Below are positions 25,393-35,600 of a DNA stretch of 51,977 nt, in pieces; position 1 is the stretch's first letter; each line of letters begins with the position of its first letter. The notes under the pieces are model-generated. The model did no database searches, was not told where the DNA came from, and worked only from the letters and a program-made list of their open reading frames with translations. The DNA is from Thermoplasmata archaeon (GTDB lineage: Archaea > Thermoplasmatota > Thermoplasmata > Lutacidiplasmatales > UBA184): the NCBI GenBank assembly GCA_022750125.1, contig JAKIWH010000002.1, positions 1 to 51,977 of the forward strand, written 5' to 3'. A program made the translations under genes and the position numbers.

Positions 25393-28073
25393 CCCGGACC
25401 GAGCTCCCCTCCCGCTTCGAGCCGCGCGAGATCGAGCGCCGGTGGCAGGAGCGTTGGGCGGAAGCGAAGCTCGCGGCCGCGCCGGGGCGCGCGGGCGAGC
25501 GCCGCTTCTCGATCATCCTCCCTCCCCCGAACGTGACCGGCATCCTCACGATGGGCCACATGCTCGGCGGCACGGTCCAGGACCTTCTCGTACGGTGGCA
25601 CCGGATGCGGGGCGACTCCGTGCTGTGGGTCCCGGGCGTCGACCACGCGGGCCTCTCGACCCAGGTGGAGGTGCGTAAGCGTCTCGCAAAGCAGGGAGTC
25701 GAGCTCGAATCCCTCCCGCGGGAGGAGGTGGTGGCCCGGGTCGAGGAGTGGAAGCAGGAGCACGAGCGGCGGATCCAGGAGCAGCTGCGGGCCGCCGGTT
25801 TCTCCCTCGACTGGAGTCGGTACCGATACACCATGGACGCGGGCTCCGTCCGGGCGACCCGGAAGGCGTTCGTCGAGCTCTACCGGGCAGGACTGATCTA
25901 CCGCGGGGAGCGGATCGTGAACTGGGACCCGAAGCTCGGGACCGCTCTCTCCGACCTCGAGGTCGTTCACCGCGAGGAGCCGGCGGAGCTGCTCTACCTC
26001 ACCTACCGCTGGGCGGACGGCGCGCCGGGGGGTCTCGTCGTCGCCACCGTGCGGCCCGAGACGATCTTCGGCGACATCGCGGTCGCCGTCCACCCCGACG
26101 ACGACCGCCACCGGGAGGCCGTCGGCCGCGAGGTAACGGTGCCGCTCACCGGTCGCGCGGTCCCCGTCGTCACGGACACGGCGGTCGACCCGGCGTTCGG
26201 GAACGGTGCGCTGAAGCTCACCCCCCGGCACGACCTGGTCGACTTCGGGATCTTCCGCCGCCACCCCGACCTCACCTTGCCTCCGTCGATCCTCGACCCA
26301 CGCGGGCTCCTCAGCGGAGAGTGGGTACCCGCGGAGTTCCGTGGCCTGGGCCGCGACGAGGCTCGGCGGAAGGTGACCGACGCCCTCCGCGAAGCCGGCG
26401 CGGTCGCGCGCACCGAGAAGATCACCCACTCGGTCGCCCACTCCGAGCGCACCGACGCGGCGATCGAACCGATGCTCTCGATGCAGTGGTTCGTGCGGAT
26501 GCAGCCGCTCATGGAAGCGGCGGTCCACGCGGTCCGGCGGAGGGAGGTGCGCATCCACCCCGAGCGGTGGGAGGCGACCTTCTTCCACTGGATGGAGACG
26601 ATCGAGGATTGGTGCATCTCGCGGCAGGTGCAGTGGGGCCACCCGATCCCCGTGCTCTATTGCGAGAAGTGCGGGACGCTTGTCGTGGAGGAGAGCCCCC
26701 CCGCGGCCTGCCCCAGCTGCCACGGGACGACGCTCCGGCCGGACCCCGATGTCCTCGACACGTGGTTCTCCTCCTGGCTCTGGCCGTTCTCGGCGCTCGG
26801 ATGGCCCGAGCCCACGAGCGACCTCGCCGAGTACTTCCCGACGAGCGCGCTCGTCACCGGACCCGACATCGTGTTCTTCTGGGTCGCACGGATGGTGATG
26901 GCCTCCTACCATTTCCGGAAGGAGCGGCCGTTCTCCGACGTCTACTTCACCGGGATGCTCCGCGACGCCTCCGGGCGCAAGATGTCGAAGCACCTCGGGA
27001 ACTCCCCCGACCCGGCGGACCTGATCCGCGAGTGGGGGGCCGACGCCGTCCGGTTCGCGCTCCTGTTCCCGAACCCGGCGGACCAGGACGTTCGCTTCTC
27101 TCCCGCCACCATCGAGGGCGCGCGCAATTTCCTCACGAAGCTTTGGAACCTCGTCCGCCTGCTCGTGAGCCACCTGCCCGAGGGGAGCGAGCCACCGAGC
27201 CACGCCCCCCCCATCGATCCGTCGGCGCCGCTCGAGGACCGCTGGATCTTGGGACGGTACAACCGCGTCGCCGAGGAGGTAGACCAGGCGCTCGCCGCCT
27301 TCGAGTTCACGCAGGCGACGGGTGCGATGTACAACTTCCTCTGGCACGACGTGGCGGACCGGTACGTCGAGATCGCGAAGGAGTCGCTCGCCGGTCGCAA
27401 CGGCGAGGTCGCCGCGCGACGGTCCCGCGGCGTGCTGCTCTTCGTGCTCGAGCGTTCCCTCCGCCGACTTCACCCGATGGTTCCTCACGTGACGGAGGAG
27501 CTCTGGCACGCGTTGCCCCACGACGGAGAATGGCTCGTTCGTGCACCGTGGCCGCCGCCGGGGGAGGTGCCGTTCGACCCGGAGGCCGAGCTCGAGAGCG
27601 AGGCGCTCTGGAGCACGATCCGGGCGTTGCGTCTCTTGCGCTCCGAGCACCAGATACCGGCTTCCGAACGTCCGCCGGCGTGGGCCCGACCGGCGACCGA
27701 GCAGGTGCGACAAATCCTTCATCGGGAGTCCGAGCAGATCCGAAGGCTTGCCCGGATCGATTCGCTCATCGTGCTCGCCCCAGGGGCAGTACCGCCCCTG
27801 GAGTCGCTCGCGCACGTCACCCCCGAGGGGGAGGTGTTCCTGCCACGGAGCGCCGCGCCCGAGGGCGCCGAGGGCGAGGCGCTCGAGCGAGAACGGGAGA
27901 AGCTCGCCCTCCTGCTCGTGAAGAGCCGCGACCGGCTCGCGGACCCCGGCTTTCGCGCGCGTGCCCCGCCGGAGGTCGTGAAGGGCGTGGAGCAAAAGGT
28001 GGAGGAGCTCGAGCGCCGAATCCGAACGATCGAAGGACATCTCGCGAGGATGGGCTCTGGAGGTGCCGCATGA
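25389..28073 (+). CDS. valS: Valyl-tRNA synthetase
   Basis: It has a HIGH-type motif (PPPNVTGILTMGHM), KMSKH(LGN) and a CP1 editing domain, plus Zn-binding CEKCG..CPSCH. The C-terminus is a coiled coil. The GTG at 25389 overlaps the permease stop (GTGA). Confidence 0.95.
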   Translation: MTRTELPSRFEPREIERRWQERWAEAKLAAAPGRAGERRFSIILPPPNVTGILTMGHMLGGTVQDLLVRWHRMRGDSVLWVPGVDHAGLSTQVEVRKRLAKQGVELESLPREEVVARVEEWKQEHERRIQEQLRAAGFSLDWSRYRYTMDAGSVRATRKAFVELYRAGLIYRGERIVNWDPKLGTALSDLEVVHREEPAELLYLTYRWADGAPGGLVVATVRPETIFGDIAVAVHPDDDRHREAVGREVTVPLTGRAVPVVTDTAVDPAFGNGALKLTPRHDLVDFGIFRRHPDLTLPPSILDPRGLLSGEWVPAEFRGLGRDEARRKVTDALREAGAVARTEKITHSVAHSERTDAAIEPMLSMQWFVRMQPLMEAAVHAVRRREVRIHPERWEATFFHWMETIEDWCISRQVQWGHPIPVLYCEKCGTLVVEESPPAACPSCHGTTLRPDPDVLDTWFSSWLWPFSALGWPEPTSDLAEYFPTSALVTGPDIVFFWVARMVMASYHFRKERPFSDVYFTGMLRDASGRKMSKHLGNSPDPADLIREWGADAVRFALLFPNPADQDVRFSPATIEGARNFLTKLWNLVRLLVSHLPEGSEPPSHAPPIDPSAPLEDRWILGRYNRVAEEVDQALAAFEFTQATGAMYNFLWHDVADRYVEIAKESLAGRNGEVAARRSRGVLLFVLERSLRRLHPMVPHVTEELWHALPHDGEWLVRAPWPPPGEVPFDPEAELESEALWSTIRALRLLRSEHQIPASERPPAWARPATEQVRQILHRESEQIRRLARIDSLIVLAPGAVPPLESLAHVTPEGEVFLPRSAAPEGAEGEALEREREKLALLLVKSRDRLADPGFRARAPPEVVKGVEQKVEELERRIRTIEGHLARMGSGGAA

Positions 28074-29026
28074 CCCGCGCTCCTCGCCGCCGCGCTCCCG
28101 CCTCGCTCCCCGAAGGGTTCCCGATGGGCCGGCACGGACGGGTACATCCACCGCTCGGCCTCGGGTTGTGGAATCTCGGCCGCTGGACGCCGAAGGAGGA
28201 GGCCGGGCTACGCCCCGTCATCGATGCAGCTCTCGAGAGCCGGATACCCTGGATCGACACCGCCGAGGTGTACGGGGGAGGCCGGTCCGAACAGCTCCTC
28301 GGCGACGCGCTCGCCCGGCTTGAGCCAGGGGCCTCACGGCCGTTTCTCTCGAGCAAGCTCTCGTACGACCATCTGCGGGCGCGACAGGTCCGCCCCTCCC
28401 TCCAAGGCACGCTCCGCCGGCTCGGGCTCGCCTCGCTCGATCTCTACCTCGTCCACTTCCCGAACCCCCGGGTCCCCATCGTGGAAACGATGACGGAACT
28501 CGCGACGCTCCAGCGGGAGGGAAAGGTGGGCGCGGTCGGCGTGAGCAATTTCTCTCTCCAGGAGCTCGAGGCCTCCCGCACCGCGCTGGGGGAGACGGAA
28601 CTCGTTGCGAACCAACTCCCCTTCAATCTCCTCGAAAGGGAGGAGGCAGCGCCGGTGCAGGAGTACTGTCGACGCAACGGGATCGTGATCGAGGCGTACT
28701 CCCCTCTCGCGCGCGGACTTCTCGCCGGACGGTTTCGCACCGCGGGTCCCCGGGCGGGCGACCCGCGCCGGGGAAGGGGCCTCTTCGACCGAGAGCAGTG
28801 GCCGACCACGCGCTCCAAGGTCCGTGCCCTCAACGCTCTCGCCGAGGAGACGGGGGTGCCGCTCGTCGCCATCGCGCTTCACTGGCTCCTCGCGCAGGGC
28901 GCCGCTCCGGTGTTCGGCTCGGGCACGGTCGAGCAGCTCCGCGCTACGCTCGAGGCCGCACGCTCCCGTCCGGCGAAGGAGGTGCTCGAGCGCGCGGACC
29001 GGATCGCGCGGGGCAATGGCGATTGA
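28070..29026 (+). CDS. Aldo/keto reductase
   Basis: LGLGLWNLG, DTAEVYGGGRSE.LLG, VGVSNF and AL.WLL are AKR patterns. The ATG overlaps the valS stop (ATGA). An alternative Met lies at 28124. Confidence 0.88.
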   Translation: MTRAPRRRAPASLPEGFPMGRHGRVHPPLGLGLWNLGRWTPKEEAGLRPVIDAALESRIPWIDTAEVYGGGRSEQLLGDALARLEPGASRPFLSSKLSYDHLRARQVRPSLQGTLRRLGLASLDLYLVHFPNPRVPIVETMTELATLQREGKVGAVGVSNFSLQELEASRTALGETELVANQLPFNLLEREEAAPVQEYCRRNGIVIEAYSPLARGLLAGRFRTAGPRAGDPRRGRGLFDREQWPTTRSKVRALNALAEETGVPLVAIALHWLLAQGAAPVFGSGTVEQLRATLEAARSRPAKEVLERADRIARGNGD

Positions 29027-29663
29027 GTTCGTCGCGTTCGACATGGACGGGACCCTCATCGACATCGAGAGCTCGTGGGCGGAGGTGCACCGGCACTTCG
29101 GGGACTCGAATCGGGAAGCGCTTGAGCTGTTCCTCGAGGACAAGATCGACGATATGGAGTTCATCCGCCGCGACGTACGGATCTGGTGGAAGCACGCCCC
29201 GCGGCTTTCCACGCAGGACGTGGACAGTATCCTTGCAAGCGTCCCGCTCATGCCCGGAGCCGAGCTTTTGTTCGCCGAGCTCCACGAACGGAAGATCCGC
29301 ACCGCGATCGTGAGCGGGGGGATCGACCTCCTCGCCGAGAGGGTGGGCCGGCGCCTCGGTGTCGACCGGGTCCTTGCGAACGGGCTCCTCGCGGGACCGG
29401 ATGGGCGGCTGACCGGCGAGGGCGTGGTCCGCGTCCCGATCAAGGACAAAGGCAGTGCGCTCGCCAGACTTCAGCAGGAATTTCGTTGCCCGCCGGCCGT
29501 GACGGCGAGCGTCGGCAACTCCGAGATCGACGTGGCGTTGTTCCGGCGGAGTCGGATCGGGGTCGCGTTCCTACCCGCGGACGACGCCGTCCGGGAAGGA
29601 GCGACGCACGTCGTCACCCGCCCCGACCTGACGGAGCTGCTGCCGATCCTGCTCGAGGGCTAA
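29016..29663 (+). CDS. HAD-superfamily hydrolase (subfamily IB, phosphoserine-phosphatase-like)
   Basis: FDMDGTLID (DxDGT motif I), the SGG motif II region, K and GNSEID (motif III/IV variant) are present. It overlaps the AKR gene by 11 nt. Confidence 0.85.
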   Translation: MAIEFVAFDMDGTLIDIESSWAEVHRHFGDSNREALELFLEDKIDDMEFIRRDVRIWWKHAPRLSTQDVDSILASVPLMPGAELLFAELHERKIRTAIVSGGIDLLAERVGRRLGVDRVLANGLLAGPDGRLTGEGVVRVPIKDKGSALARLQQEFRCPPAVTASVGNSEIDVALFRRSRIGVAFLPADDAVREGATHVVTRPDLTELLPILLEG

Positions 29664-29745
29664 GGGCGGTCCCGACCTCCTCTCCGTCGTCCGGCCCTCG
29701 GACGGACGGCTAGGCTTATCCTCGCGCCCACGCTCGTTCCGCTCG

Positions 29746-30363
29746 ATGGAAGGTTACTCCGCGCTGCTCAAGCGGGCCCGCGAGAAGCTCCCGGTGGTCC
29801 AGGTGAGCACCGACCGGTTCCAGGTCCCCGAACCGGACGTGATGGTTGACGGCAGGAACACCGTCATCCGCAACCTCCAGGAGATCGCGACCGTCCTACG
29901 CCGGGAGCCGGAGCACCTCATCGGGTACCTCGCCCGCGAGCTCGGCTGCCCGGGCGTGCTTGACCTCCCGCGGGGGGTCCTCAAGTCGAAGCTCCCGAAG
30001 GACGCGATCGCCCAGCGCGTCCGGGAGTACACCGAGAAGTACGTGATCTGCTCCGAGTGCAAGCGACCGGATACGCACCTCGTGAAGGAGGGGCGGTTCA
30101 CGCTCCTCGTGTGCGAGGCGTGCGGGGCCCAGCGGCCCGTGACGGTCCGCCGCGTCGTCACCTCCGAGAAGCCCCGCGCCATCGTCGTCGTGGGCGAGGT
30201 GTACCGGCTCACCATCGAGGATGTCGGCCGCAAGGGGGACGGCGTCGCGAAGAAGGAGGGTTTCGTCATCTTCGTCACCGGCGCGACCCAGCGGGGCAGC
30301 ACGGTGAACGCGAAGATCACCAAGGTGCTCGGGACGAACGCCTACGCGGTGATCCAGCCGTAG
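29746..30363 (+). CDS. eif2b: Translation initiation factor aIF2 beta subunit with a fused C-terminal TRAM domain
   Basis: The aIF2-beta core has the Zn ribbon YVICSECKRPDT.L.....L.CEACGA. The last ~65 aa (GEVYRLTIEDVGRKGDGVAKKEGFVIFVTGA..G..V.AKITKV....AYA) match stand-alone archaeal TRAM proteins. Confidence 0.92.
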   Translation: MEGYSALLKRAREKLPVVQVSTDRFQVPEPDVMVDGRNTVIRNLQEIATVLRREPEHLIGYLARELGCPGVLDLPRGVLKSKLPKDAIAQRVREYTEKYVICSECKRPDTHLVKEGRFTLLVCEACGAQRPVTVRRVVTSEKPRAIVVVGEVYRLTIEDVGRKGDGVAKKEGFVIFVTGATQRGSTVNAKITKVLGTNAYAVIQP

Positions 30364-30369
30364 GCCGCG

Positions 30370-31338
30370 ATGCGCGGCGTCCGCTCCCTGGGTCTCGTCG
30401 GCCTGTACGTGGCGAGCCAGGTCGCGGCGCTCCTCCTCGCGCTCCCCTTCCGGTCGGAGGGGCTCGCCACCACCTCGAACCCGAACTCCCCGACGGCGCC
30501 GCTCTACCTGATCGCCGTCATCGTCATCGCCCCACTGTTCATCCTCTTCTTCGCCAAGCTGAACGGCGGGCTCGCGGCGATCCGCTGGGTGATCCTCCTC
30601 GGGATCAGCTTCTCGCTCCTGTTCACCCTCACCGCCGCCTTCTCCCTGCTCCTGCCCCAGGTCTACCTCCTCCCGCCGCAGGAGGTGGGCACCTTCGTCT
30701 CCCCCGCAACGGTGCTCGCGACCGCGAGCGCCGTGCTGCTCCTCGCGGCGCTGCTCCTCGAGCCGCAGTGGTGGGTCGTCGACTTCGTGGGGTTCGTGGC
30801 CGCCGGCTCGCTCATCGCGCTGTTCGGGATCTCCTTCTCGATCCTCCCCGCGGTCATTCTCCTCGTCGCCCTCGCCGTCTACGACGCGGTCGCCGTCTAC
30901 GGCACGAAGCACATGATCTCCCTCGCCGACGCCGTGACCGAGATGAAGCTCCCCATCCTGCTCGTGATGCCGGCGGGCCCGGGGTTCGACTACACCCAAC
31001 CGGGCGGGCTCAAGAAGCAGCGCGCGCGACCGGTCGAGGAGCGGGAGGCGCTCTTCATGGGCCTCGGGGATGTCGTCTTCCCGGGCATCCTCGTCGTGGC
31101 GGCGTACGTTTGGCTGCCCTCCAAGGCCGTGCTGGGCGCGGTGGGCGGCAATCTCGTCGTGGCGATCGGGGCGCTCCTCGGCTCGCTCGTGGGGTACGCG
31201 TTCCTGATGCACCTCGTGGGTGGCGGCAACCCCCAGGCGGGCCTGCCGCTCCTCAACGGGGGGGCGCTCGCCGGCTATTTCCTCACCTTCCTCCTCGTGT
31301 TCCACACCTTCGGCTTCGGCCTCAACCTGGCGCTCTAG
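30370..31338 (+). CDS. Presenilin / signal-peptide-peptidase-like intramembrane aspartyl protease (A22 family)
   Basis: A polytopic protein with YD (LAVYDAVAVYGTKHM) and GxGD (MGLGDVVFPG) catalytic motifs, and a PAL-like PLL motif near the C-terminus. Confidence 0.8.
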   Translation: MRGVRSLGLVGLYVASQVAALLLALPFRSEGLATTSNPNSPTAPLYLIAVIVIAPLFILFFAKLNGGLAAIRWVILLGISFSLLFTLTAAFSLLLPQVYLLPPQEVGTFVSPATVLATASAVLLLAALLLEPQWWVVDFVGFVAAGSLIALFGISFSILPAVILLVALAVYDAVAVYGTKHMISLADAVTEMKLPILLVMPAGPGFDYTQPGGLKKQRARPVEEREALFMGLGDVVFPGILVVAAYVWLPSKAVLGAVGGNLVVAIGALLGSLVGYAFLMHLVGGGNPQAGLPLLNGGALAGYFLTFLLVFHTFGFGLNLAL

Positions 31339-31345
31339 AGGACCC

Positions 31346-32287
31346 GTGCCGCGGAAGGTCGAGGATTTCCGAGTCGGGGACGCCCCGAGCCTCGACACGC
31401 TCGTGCGACGCATGGAGGCCGCGGGCGGGTTCAGCTCGCAGCAGCTCGTCCGGGGCGTCGACCTGCTCGCCACGATGTTCGCCGACGAGGAGCTCACCCT
31501 CTTCCTCTCCTTCCCCGCGGACATCGTCGCCACCGGAACCCGTGGCCTCCTACGGGAGCTCATCGCGGACGGCTACGTCGATGGAGTGATCACCACCTGC
31601 GGAACGCTCGACCATGACCTCGCCCGCGCGGAGCGCCCGTACCTGCACGGGGAGTGGGACCTCGACGACGCGAAACTCCGGAGGCAGGGGAGCTACCGAC
31701 TCGGGAACCTCGTGATCCCCGAGTCGAGCTACGGCCCGGTCGTCGAGCGGAGACTCTCGCGGCTGCTCCGACGACGATGGAAGGCGGGGCAACGTTCGGT
31801 CTCCGCGCGCGAACTCGTCTGGGAGCTCGGTGCGGAGATGGAGGGGGCGCGGGGCAAGGGCAGCCTCTGCCGCGCGGCGTTCGAGCGGAAGGTGCCGTTC
31901 ATCGTTCCGGGCCTCCTCGACGGCGCGGTCGGCTCGCAGCTCTGGATGTTCTGGCAGCAGGAGAAGGGATTCCAGCTCGATCTCTTCTCGGACGAGCAGG
32001 CGCTCTCCGACCTCGTCTTCGGGGCCACGCGCGCGGGGGCCCTCATGCTCGGGGGGGGCATCTCGAAACACCACACGATCTGGTGGAACCAGTTCCGAGG
32101 GGGGCTCGACGCGGCCGTCTACGTGACGACGGCGGTGGAGTGGGACGGCAGCCTCTCGGGGGCCCGGACACGGGAAGCGATCAGCTGGGGGAAACTCAAA
32201 CCGGGAGCCCGCCACGTGACCGTCGAGGGAGATGTGACCGTCGTCCTCCCGCTCCTTGTGGGGGCCGCCCTCGAGCGAATCCGCTGA
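31346..32287 (+). CDS. dys: Deoxyhypusine synthase
   Basis: LFLSFPADIVATG, TTCGTLDHD, GGGISKHH and EAISWGK(L) are DHS signatures. The GTG at 31346 is the first in-frame start after the presenilin-like gene stop. Confidence 0.9.
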   Translation: MPRKVEDFRVGDAPSLDTLVRRMEAAGGFSSQQLVRGVDLLATMFADEELTLFLSFPADIVATGTRGLLRELIADGYVDGVITTCGTLDHDLARAERPYLHGEWDLDDAKLRRQGSYRLGNLVIPESSYGPVVERRLSRLLRRRWKAGQRSVSARELVWELGAEMEGARGKGSLCRAAFERKVPFIVPGLLDGAVGSQLWMFWQQEKGFQLDLFSDEQALSDLVFGATRAGALMLGGGISKHHTIWWNQFRGGLDAAVYVTTAVEWDGSLSGARTREAISWGKLKPGARHVTVEGDVTVVLPLLVGAALERIR

Positions 32288-32394
32288 GGAGGAGGCGGAC
32301 TCGGGCACCCCGGTACGGGTTCCCGTTGGCCGAGCCAAGGCCGTCCGAGGAGAGGTTATGAACCGTCACCGGCGTCGCCGCGCGGTCGCGCCGT

Positions 32395-32468
32395 GGGCCC
32401 GTAGCTCAGCCCGGTAGAGCAGGCGGCTCTTAACCGCAAGATCGGGGGTTCGAATCCCCTCGGGCCCG
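32395..32468 (+). tRNA. tRNA-Lys (anticodon CTT)
   Basis: The 74-nt cloverleaf has acceptor GGGCCCG/CGGGCCC, D arm GCTC-AGCCCGGTA-GAGC and anticodon stem GGCGG/CCGCA with loop CT-CTT-AA. The T arm is GGGGG-TTCGAAT-CCCCT and the discriminator is G. Confidence 0.93.
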
Positions 32469-32602
32469 TACCACGTTCGCTCCGGTAGCCGCTCCGGAGC
32501 CTTCCCCCGGCGCGAGGGAGGGACCTTGCCGGGGCGCGGGAGGGTCGACCCAGTCTCCTTCGTGGAAGTAGGAGGGTGGGGGGTACCGACCGCAGCCGCG
32601 CT

Positions 32603-35600
32603 TCACTCGGGGCCGCTTCGACCAGCGTCGCCGCCACCGCCCGGTACAGGGTGGGTCGACCCGCGCGGACCCGCCCCCCTCCCCGGAGGAGCCCCGTCGG
32701 ATCGTCGCGGCGGCCTCGAAGCTCCCGGCGGCGCGCGCCCCACGGATCGCTCCCGGGCCGGGACTCGGTTTCCCGGCCCCTTCCGCGTGGCCCACCGCCT
32801 CCAGCCCAGGTACGTCGCGGCCCCCAGGATCGCGACCCCGGCGAGAAGCACCCACGCCGGCACCGGTCCGATCGGACGTTCCAGCAGCGGGGCCGAGGAG
32901 CCCTGCCCGGGGAGACGAACGACCCACCTCGCGGCCGCGCTTGCGGTATCCCCGATCGAATCGGTCACGACGACGGCCACGACATGCGGTCCGGTGCTCG
33001 CGGGGCGGAGGACGTACTCGGAGCCGGTCCAGTTGCTCACCACCCCATCCACCGCCCAGCGATACGAGACTCCCGGCGCCCCGCCCGCGACCGTGGTCAG
33101 CGCCTCTACCGGTTGACCCACCAAAGGCTGCGTGGCGTTGAGCCCGAGGCTCACGGAAAGCGGGGCGTAGGCCTCGACCGCGATCGTCGATGTCGCCGTG
33201 ATCCCTCTCGAATCGACGACCGCGAGGCGCACGGTGTAGTTCCCGGCTACGTCGTACGGATGGGAAACGCTCACCCCCGGCTCCGTCGAGCTCGCGTCGC
33301 CGTAGCTCCAAAGGTAGGAGTACGGCGGTAGCCCGCCCGAGGCCACCGCGGTGAAGCTGGGGGAGAAAGGTATGGTCCCGGAGGTCCGATTCGACAGGAT
33401 CCCCGAGCTCAATGGCCCGAAGTCCGCGGTTACCTCGAGCGACGCGGTCGTCCGGTTTCCTACCCGGTCCGTCACCGTCAGATTGACCTCGTACCGTCCC
33501 GGGCTCAGGAACTCGTGCGTCGGGCTGGAGCTCGTCGACGTGCTCCCGTCCCCGAACGACCAAGCGAACCCGTACGGCGGCGCGCCCCCGTGTCCGTGGC
33601 CGGTGAATCGGGTGGTCAACGGCGCCGTGCCGTTCGGCGGGTCGACGCTCGCACTCCCGCTGAGGGGTCCCGGCGGAGAGAAGTCGAACATCTCGCGCAT
33701 CGCCCCGTGGGTGGGGAAGGAGTCGTTCTGGCCGGCCGCGCCCACCGGGAGCCCGAGCAGCCATTCGACGGTGGCGAGCAGGTCGTAGGGCGAGGTCGGA
33801 GGCGGGTAGTCGCCCCGACCGTACGAGTAGGGGGAGACGGTCGCGAGCAGGACCCCGCCGCCCAGCGACCCCCCGGCGCCGGCGTCCGTCGCCCCCTCGT
33901 CGTACGTGATGAACCAGACCGACTGCCCGAACCAGCTCGCGTTGAGGTACGGGGAGAGCCAGCTCTCGAGCCAGCCGTCCGAGGCGGCCACGCCCGTGTC
34001 GTGGCCGCCGTCCCGCAGGTCGGGGACGAACAGCCCGAAGTTCGGGATGCTCCCGGAGGCGACGTCCTGATCCCACGCGGCGAAGGAGCGGTCGTGCGCA
34101 GCGCAGAGGGAGGCGTTCGAGGTGATGCTCGGGAAGTAGAGGAACGCGTTGTGAGCTGCCGTGTAGGGGTACGAGTCGGACGCGTCGCAGGCGGACGGCA
34201 TCGACTCGAAGTACCCCTGCCAGTCCAGGCCGGCCGTATCGAGGAGCCCCCCGATACCTTGGACCGGGACGGGATTCACCGCGGAGCTGCCGCATTGCTG
34301 CCAGATCCCGCCGGAGGTGAGGGCGACGTATCCGGCCTCCGAGGGGTGGCACGGCGCGGAATAGTTCGAAGCCTCGGCGTACGTCGAGGCGAGCTCGCGT
34401 TGGAACGGTCCGCTCGAGAGCACCTGGGATCGCTCGGCGGATTGCATCATGACGACGAACACATGCTGGATCGGCGTCGGGAAGCCGTAGCCGGGCGTCG
34501 GTCGGCTCGGGGCGGTCCAATAGGCGGCGAGGCTCCCCCCCGAGCTCACGAACACGGGGGTCGTGGGCGAGCGGGGTTGGGCGGCGGAAACGCCGCCGCC
34601 GGTGACCCAGCCCCCAAAGATCAACCCCGGGCACGATCCGGCCGTGACGTTGAACGATTGGAGGGAGGGAGTGACGGTCAGGTTCTGGCCGGACTGGACC
34701 TGAGTGCCGTTGAAGAGGACGGGAGCGCAGGTCCCGGGCTCCTGCAGGACCTGGACCTGTACGCTCGACGCATACGTCGCGTGGAAGAGGAGGAGCTTCA
34801 CGAGCGCGTTGCAGCGGTCGTGGACGTGGAAGATGTAGCCGCCGGGCCCGAGCCGGTGCTGGCGGTTCCAGATCGGGACGGAGGCGGGGAACGGGGTGCC
34901 GTTGCCGGGCGGCGTCGGTTCGCGGGTCGACTGGAACTCCGAGCCGTTCGGGAACTCCGCCACGACGCGGAAGGAGGTGTTGGAGATCGCGCCGGTGAGG
35001 TAGTCGGTCAGCATCGCACCGATGGGCACCACGAGGCCCGAATCGCCGGCCGTCCCGACGTAGGGCGCGGGATAGAAGATGCTCGGGAGGAGCGGGGATG
35101 TCGCGCTCGCGCTCGGGACGCTCCAGCCGGAGCGGATCGCGGTCCCGTTCGGGAGAAGGGTCGTCCAGTTCCAACGGAACTGGAGCGTCAGGTTCCCATA
35201 CTCCGCCGTCGCCATGATCGCCACGAGCCCGGAGTTCAGTACCGCGTTCGCGATCGTGTTGAACGTGAGGTTCTGGCTGGCGACCGTCGATTGGCTCGCC
35301 CACGCCGGGTCCGACCAGCCGGTCGTGGGGATCGTCGTGCTGCGTGCGGTCATCACGAGCTGAAGATGGCTCCCCGTCGACAGCGGGAACGACGCCGTCA
35401 CCTGCGGGAAGTAGACCACGCTCGCGGACGCCGGTGTCGCGGGGCTCACGACTGCGAACTCGTAGACCACACCGATCGTCGTCCCCTGCGGAAGCACCTC
35501 GCTGGGAGGCGGGAGCCCGATCTCGAGGGCGGAGGGAAACTGGCTGCCGACGGAGTTGCAGACCGGCGCCGTGGCAGGGTTAGCGACGGCGTGAAGGTCT

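Noticed and set aside
25296-28151. Very long ORFs in the six-frame track look like large genes. Examples are 25296-28151(-) 951 aa, 1797-3185(+), 11520-13163(-), 19311-20879(-), 32430-35303(-), 33515-36109(+), 39118-40614(-), 42050-44521(+), 43296-44678(-) and 49164-50903(-).
   Set aside because: All are Arg/Pro/Gly/Glu-rich and low in complexity. Each lies antisense to, or out of frame with, a gene that has clear family motifs (valS, metG, pus10, lysS, the surface protein, the AP-family gene, paralog A, GT2). Stop codons are rare in ~70% GC DNA, so such shadow ORFs are expected.
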